57,049 nucleotides of DNA from Octopus bimaculoides. Its lineage: Eukaryota. The translations under genes were made by a program, and so were the position numbers. Positions 50,419 through 57,049 of the stretch are shown one piece after another. Position 1 is the stretch's first letter, and the number at the start of each line of letters is the position of its first letter. The notes below the pieces were generated by a model. That model ran no database searches. It saw nothing but the letters and a program-made list of their open reading frames with translations, and was not told the origin of the DNA. The DNA lies in contig NC_068984.1 in assembly GCF_001194135.2 (NCBI RefSeq), positions 70,617,387 through 70,674,435 of the forward strand, given 5' to 3'.

Positions 50419-51133
50419 CTAGTAAAATACAAGTATAATTATTATTGTTGTGCACTGCAACTCAATGTATGAAGTGCAAGATAAAAGGACAATCAGGTCC
50501 CATACTTGTATGTAGAATTATACAGAGGGCAATATGGTACTATTGCAACAACTGAATGAAATGCTGCCTTCTGCTTAAAACCCAAAATATACTTTTGAAA
50601 TATGACATATCTAAGCTGCTGAAAATAGTACATTATTTACACTCAGCTGTACCACAAACATATTTTGCAAAACATTATTATAGCTCTCATTTTTTTTTGT
50701 TGTTGATATTTTCGACTTTCATAGTGGGAAAAGATTTTTTTTTTCCCACTTGAAACTCATTTTATTCCAGTATTACCAAATAACATATTCTTTGGAGTAC
50801 TTATAAAAGCCTATATTTGCCTGAGGACATCCTGATACCCAGTGGATGGACAATAGAAGAAGGAGTTTTATTTCAGAAAGTTTCAAACTTTTATTTACTT
50901 TTATTCACATCCAAAATTTCTAACACATAATTATGCAACACAGCAATATACTACAATGGTTAAAAATAGCACAAATCAAGACATAAGCTTTGTGTGAACG
51001 AGGAAGATAAAATGAACAGTTTATTGAATTATTAATTGAAGAGAATATACCAAATATTCAGACAAGTCATTTGAACATGGCTTAACGGTAATAACATCAA
51101 CAGTAGTAGCAACTTTTACATCATTTCAAATAC

Positions 51134-51220
51134 TGTGATCTGTTCACATAGCAGGTGTGTAAAGTTTAAGACTTCCTTCATTATAGAAGAAACAAATGGA
51201 AGTTTGGGATCTCTCACAGG
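51134..51220 (-). CDS. Candidate exon PVRDPKLPFVSSIMKEVLNFTHLLCEQIT
   Basis: Strong acceptor atattcttttcttccag, donor ACA|gtattt, 87 nt, phase 0 to 0. Confidence 0.35.
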
Positions 51221-51860
51221 CTGGAAGAAAAGAATATAGATGGGAGAATTTTGTAAAACTAAACAGCATTTCTTTGCAGCAGGAAATAATCCATGTAAAG
51301 ACAAAAGAACTTTGTCTTAGTTATGAAAAAAGGAAGTGGATTAAATTTTTCCTCTTAAGTAGTACAACAAACTTCCCAGAATGCAATGGGAGAAATTACC
51401 TCAAATTAAAAAGAAAATGTTGACATTATCTACCATATCTTTAAAATTGGTGATAGGCAAAACACAAGCTGAAATTATCAGACATACTTCTGACAATACG
51501 TTTCTGCCTTAAAGAGTCTCAATAAGGGGCACAAGAAATGATAGTCAATGTCAAGGTCACATATATGTATAGCAATATAGAGCAGTAGGCAAAGAAGATT
51601 TGAAGGAAGATGACATGTCATCAAAAGGCATCACAGTGAACTTGCAAATCCTAATGACCTCTAAATGCTGCATTCCTATATTACTATCCTAGAACCATAT
51701 CTAATGGAAGGCACAAAAGAAAAAGAAAATTAAGATTAAGGATTCAGAGTAGAAATCCTAATTTTAAAGATTTGTTGGAGTAAAATACATCCCAAAGATG
51801 AATATTTGGAATATTAAGTGAAAACAAGGAAAATGAAAATAACAAAAAAGTAAGACAAAC

Positions 51861-52002
51861 CCCAGTGTCCAGAACATCACCAGCTAAAATCCTGGTGGTA
51901 GTAAAGTAAATATTTTCCAGCACTGTACCACAAACAGTATCAAACACAAGTATCATTTCATTATCATGCATAAAGGAAGAAATGATGGTTGCATTTGACA
52001 AT
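51861..52002 (-). CDS. Candidate exon xLSNATIISSFMHDNEMILVFDTVCGTVLENIYFTTTRILAGDVLDTG
   Basis: Long pyrimidine tract ending cacttcatag, donor GGG|gtttgt, 142 nt open, phase 2 to 0. Confidence 0.4.
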
Positions 52003-52373
52003 CTATGAAGTGTCAGAGATAACAGGAAAGGGGAAAGAAGTTTCAAAACAATTAAAATAAAACAACAAGAAACGGGAAAAGGAAACATTTCTTCAAAACA
52101 ATTGTGCTTCTCCTTAGGGTTATATTAATGGAAATGAAGAGGACAAAGAAAAACTAAAATTCAGCATCCTTTGAAAATTAAACACAACTGAGAGAAAAAA
52201 TTATGCATCTGTTGTGTTATGTACTTTAGAAATTAAAATGATACAAAATAGATTTAGGTTCAGATGATAAACCACATACAAAAGATAAACTACTAAAACC
52301 CATAATGAATTTTAACATCACACCCTAAAAATGTTGTAGTTCTTCAACACCAAGTATCTCAAAACATGCTTAC

Positions 52374-52556
52374 TGGTGCATTTGGTTGCACTTGTAAGCA
52401 ATTTTAAAATCAGTTATTGAGTGGGGTTGGGAGTATGCAAATACATCATAACCAGTAGTGAAATTTGATTGATGTTTGATTTTGAAATATGGTGGAAATT
52501 TATGTGGAAGTCTGTCTTTTATGTCTGTGTGGTTGAGCGTGCTTGTGTGTGTCTGT
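52374..52556 (-). CDS. Candidate exon ...HKFPPYFKIKHQSNFTTGYDVFAYSQPHSITDFKIAYKCNQMH
   Basis: ORF is open to the donor CCA|gtaagc (phase 2, compatible with the 52002 acceptor); acceptor is weak and uncertain. Confidence 0.25.
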
Positions 52557-53756
52557 CTGTATTTCACAGACACCATTTAAAAATTGTTTCATTATTTATG
52601 TCCTGTACTTTAGTGGTTCAACAAACAGATGTTTAACAAAATGAGTATCAAACTTAAAAGTAAGGTGGCAATGTTCCAGCATGGCCACAGTTCAGTGACT
52701 GAAACAAAATAGCAGGATAAAAAAAATACAGTTCAAAATCTATTATGGTCAATAAAATTAAAAGAAAGACAGCCCTTAGCAAAATCACTGATTTTGTGCC
52801 TACTACAAAAAGAAAAGAACAAAATAAGATAAATAGAATAGACAAAACATCATTGATATCAAATATATAAGAATTATGTAAGACTGGTTACTTGTATTTG
52901 TTTGCTTATATGATATACTAATTCATACCAATGTGGGAACTTTTAAATAGTCATTTGATCAACTAAATTAGCAGCCAGTCTCTCTCAAATCACACTCTAC
53001 TGCCTCTGAAGAAGATCATATGAGATAATGTAGTAGATAAAGTAATCAGAAATAATCTGTTAGAAAATGACATGATAGTTGCAGCTAGAGCACCTTTGAT
53101 CATGAGTCTAGTCGGTCAATGCTAACCAGAGGCTAAATAGTAGCAACATCATTAATTACCTCCTAACATTTCTTTAACTTTAATTAAGTGTCTATGCGAA
53201 AAACAGATTTATTTTTGGTTGTGACAATCTGTACACTCAATCTTATCTCTATGTTGCAAAGTACTTTGTTCACTGCTCACACATTATTTGCTAAACACAT
53301 CAGTGGTCTGGTTCATGTGCACACACCAATATGGACTGTGTACACAATAAACACGTTTATCATTCATACAGTGTTTGCGGTATACACCATAACTTGCTAT
53401 TATACACACAACAGTTAGTTTACTGTACATACACTGTTCAGTAAACATACTATGTTTAACCATTGTACATACAGAAGTTACATTCATGCATAAATGGCAG
53501 TTAATTTACTGTACTAAAATTTGTTCATTGTATTTTTATACATTTTAGTTTGGGGACTACAGCCATGGTGGAGTAGTGCCTTCCTGAGTTTTATAGAACA
53601 ACTCAACCACTGCAATTCCTCTTTTATTTTGTCTAGTATTTATTCTACCACTCTCTCTTGCTGAGCTTGCTGAGAGATAAACAAACTAAAATTGGCTGTT
53701 AAGCAGTGCTGGGGACAAATACAAAGGCACACATATACATACACACATATAAATAC

Positions 53757-53787
<31 letters not shown>

Positions 53788-53790
<3 letters not shown>

Positions 53791-54144
53791 TCATCATCAT
53801 CATCATCATTTAACATCTACTTTCCATGCTATAGCATGGGTTAGACGGTTTGACAGGAGCTAGCTAGGCAGAGGCCTGCCCCATGCTTTGCAGTCTGTTC
53901 CGACATGGATTTTTTTACAGCTGGATTCCCTTCCAAATGCCAACCACTTTGCAGTGTGGATTGGATGCGTTATATGTGACACCAGCATTGGTGGAGTCAA
54001 CAAGAAATTTGCAAGACAAAGATCCTTTGAGAGGCAATGTGGCTTTGGAGGAGGTGATCTTGTGCCAGATGATAAAAAGTTAGAGTATGACAGAGAAACA
54101 GAAACAGGTGTCTTACTGTAGAGGAGTAGATGGTTACCTGGTCA

Positions 54145-54190
<46 letters not shown>

Positions 54191-55295
54191 GGAGAGAGAA
54201 GNNNNNNNNNNGAGGAGGGAGAGAGAAGGAGTGATCGAGATTGAGGTCAGTAGCAGGTGTGTTGCTGTAGAGGAGGTACGTGGTTAACCAGTCAGAGGGA
54301 GAGAGCAAGAGGAAGAGACAGACTGAAAGAGAACAAGAAAGAGAGAGAGAGAGAGTGGAAGAGATCAAGAGAGCAGGAGAGAGATGGTGGCGAAGTGCCA
54401 GGGCATGCTCACAAGGAACAGGGATCAGAATATAAATCAGCTGGTAGGGAAGAACATGGGAGAGATAAGTAGTGGCAAAGTGGAAGGGCATGCCTTCAAG
54501 ATATAGGGTCAGAATATATAAATGGTAGGGTGTTGACAAGGTGAATAAGTAGGGAGTAGAGACTTCACATAAATGCAATGAATGTAGAGTTGGATGGCGG
54601 TGGTAGGCAGTAACTGGTAAAGCCTGGGTCTATAGAGAGTGTGGAGAGCAACAGCATAGTAATAATACAGTGAGCAGGGCAGTGAGGACAGGATTGGGGA
54701 ACAAGAGGTAATCATAGGCATAGTGTATGAAAAGAGGAAATGGGAGGAAGAGAAGAGATGTAGTTTGGTTTGTTAGTGGGAGGTTGCTGCAAAAGTTTTA
54801 TTGTTATTACACATCGGTGGAACTTACAGGAATTTTAGAACTCAGTTTTGCTGAAGTGGACCAGTCTTCTTAAAAACCTCATATCACCAGACATCTTGGT
54901 CCATTGTTATCTCTCCCATGAGGCTCAGGATCCTGAGATTGGTCCTCACCACTTCATCGCATGTCTTCATGGGTCTCCCTCTTCCACATGTGCCAGCCAC
55001 TTTGTGATCAGCATTTCTTTATGTAGCTTTCTTCATTCATAGGCATCACATGTCCAAACCAGCATAGTCTTCTTAATCACATGCTCCATCTGATTCCTCT
55101 TATTCTCAAATTTTCTCTCAACACATTTGCACTTTGTCATACATGCACACTGATGTTGTACATCCAACAGAGCATAATACCTTGATTCTTCTCTAGCCTA
55201 CACATGTCTAATGCATCCAGGGCCCAGGACTCACTACCATGGAGTGTAGCCATTCGTATACAAGCATCATACAATCTACCTTTCACTTTCAGAGA
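53788..55295 (-). mobile_element. RTE-clade LINE 3' fragment (ORF2 C-terminus plus about 1-kb 3'UTR and (ATG)n tail)
   Basis: VSLKVKGRLYDACIRMATLHGSESWALDALDMCRLEKNQGIMLCWMYNISVHV (55137-55319) and LRRLCWFGHV; tail tcatcatcatcatttaacatc at 53788. Confidence 0.85.
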
Positions 55296-56139
55296 TACAT
55301 TTATGAATTTGTTTTGCAAGATTCCTGATGTGAAATCGTGTGTTGAAACATATTGTTATATTTCGGGATGGTCATGTTTTGTTTTGCCAAATAAACACAT
55401 GTAATATATAGTCATTCTTCACATCAGATTTATTATCGGTGTTATTTTATGTCCTTGGTCTGGAATTCATTTGTCATACATCCTATGACCCCCTTCGGTG
55501 ACTGTCCATCCCATGAGTCTACTCCTGCTCTGTTTAGTCCAAGGAGGAGTCATAGGACGGAGAGTCATGGAAGAAGTTGCAGGATGTGTCATGAAAGATT
55601 TCAAGAAAACGATATAAAATAACAATAATGAATCTTAAGTGAGGAACAAATATATATAGTGTGTGTTTATTTGACAAAAAGAAAAAAAAAATTGATCATT
55701 CTGAAATATATCAATATCTATCTATCCTATATATATATATATATNNNNNNNNNNNNNNNNNNNNNNNNNNNNNNNNNNNNNNNNNNNNNNNNNNNNNNNN
55801 NNNNNNNNNNNNNNNNNNNNNNNNNNNNNNNNNNNNNNNNNNNNNNNNNNNNNNNNNNNNNNNNNNNNNNNNNNNNNNNNNNNNNNNNNTATATATATAC
55901 ATACACACACACACATACATATGTGGATTGGTGTCTATTGTAACATGGTTACTCGTTGCCAATTATTGTAGTATCACCATATTAATGACGATACTTGCTT
56001 ACACCATGAACGTGTCGTAACAATGAAATATATAATGAAGCAATGTAACAACAACGTAACAATCGAACGAACTTTTCACAACCCAACAAACGATATTCCG
56101 ACAAACTATCAGAGCGACAACTTATGACTTCCTGCAATT

Positions 56140-56298
56140 AATGCCCACTCTTTTCTACTCTAGGCACAAGGCCCGAAATTTTTGGGGTGGAAGCCAGTCG
56201 ATTATATCGACTCAGTAAGCAACTGGTACTTAATTTATCAACCCCGAAATGATGACAGGCAAAGTCGACCTCGGCGGAATTTGAAATCAGAATGTAAA
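56140..56298 (-). mobile_element. SINE family A (tail type 2), head lost in the 10-N gap
   Basis: ttcaaattccgccgaggtcgactttgcc..gataaattaagtaccagtt..aatttcgggccttgtgcctagagtag. Confidence 0.85.
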
Positions 56299-56308
56299 NN
56301 NNNNNNNN

Positions 56309-56730
56309 CGCAGTGGATGTCGTGAATCTCATTATAACATCTCCTCTTCTGAGATTTTGACTTCCGCTGCAAATGAAACTTATTTTCTTTTTCTTCCTTT
56401 CCAACACTTTTTTCCTTTTTGAAATTTTGCTTCCCTAGGGAGTTCAGTACCTTTTCTACTTGGAAATTATTTCTAAAAGTTCAGTCTATCTACGTTATCT
56501 GTTACTGCTCCTTCAAGGCTCAATCTCTTTTGTTGCTGGTACATCGAACATGTAAAACATTTCCATTGAAATTTCCTTCCTTTCTGATTTTTGGCTTATT
56601 TTTAATTGATTTAAGTGTCGTTTACGCTCCCATCGTTGGCCTTTTATTAAATACACCAAGTTTCCAATTCTTTTAGTCACTACACTATCCTGCCAACTCT
56701 CTACCATTTTTGTATACTTAGAAATGGACT
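56309..56730 (-). mobile_element. Gypsy-type LTR retrotransposon remnant: integrase C-terminus, PPT and start of 3' LTR
   Basis: YKNGRE/SWQDSVVTKRIGNLVYLIKGQRWERKRHLNQLK resembles Gypsy integrase C-terminal (GPY/F-region) tails. Purine tract agaagaggaga (56340-56350) directly precedes TGTTATAATG at 56339. Confidence 0.7.
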
Positions 56731-57049
56731 TGTAGGGAAGTGGTTATACACCATTAGGTGTACTCCGCTTCCGTACATTAACTTCTTGAAGAAACAACGG
56801 AACGCAGATTCTGAACTATCAACACAACAATATTTATTACAATAGAAATCGGCAGCACTTCGCCCTTTGGTTACTGAGACGCCGTCAATGATGTTGCGTG
56901 GTTATTTGTCTAGCTCCAGAGTTGGAATGTTGGAGAGAGGCTGCTACGACGTCCAGGCCCTTCGTCGGCCAGCGAGAAAGAGAGTGAAAAGAGGCGCGAA
57001 AGCTTGGATGTCGATGACTACGCATGCGCATGAGACTCTTCCTGTATTC
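56731..57049 (-). mobile_element. Probable LTR 3' portion (continues beyond the window)
   Basis: CpG-rich block; minus strand contains AATAAA and ends ...ccacttccctACA at 56731. Confidence 0.5.

Noticed and set aside
57020-57035. NRF1-like promoter motif acgcatgcgcat
   Set aside because: A single short motif inside a probable LTR; insufficient to call a host promoter.

Overview
AT-rich eukaryotic (animal) genomic DNA from a gapped draft assembly. It has nine N-gaps, seven of them flanked by (AT)n or (AG)n. The repeat landscape looks to me like an octopus (coleoid cephalopod) genome; this is inference from recalled repeat families, not a database result. There is no intact protein-coding gene, rRNA or CRISPR array, and most of the supplied ORFs are microsatellite or N-run artefacts. 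Decayed mobile DNA dominates. DNA transposons: a mariner (DD34D) remnant at the left end, a Tigger/pogo remnant at 42.8-44.4 kb and a Helentron-type non-autonomous (HINE/DINE-like) element. Retroelements: RTE-clade LINE 3' fragments, a LINE ORF1 zinc-knuckle remnant, Gypsy integrase/PPT/LTR remnants at the right end, and at least five tRNA-derived SINE types. The most unusual item is a tRNA-headed element at about 18.1-18.4 kb. It carries a degenerate Penelope-type minimal hammerhead ribozyme, and its terminus recurs as asymmetric palindromes at 35.7 and 47.5 kb; an unrelated 283-bp asymmetric palindrome lies at 42.3 kb. Several short minus-strand ORFs bounded by canonical splice sites (notably 50.3-52.6 kb and 10.5-11.3 kb) may be exons of an unidentified host gene, but this is low confidence.
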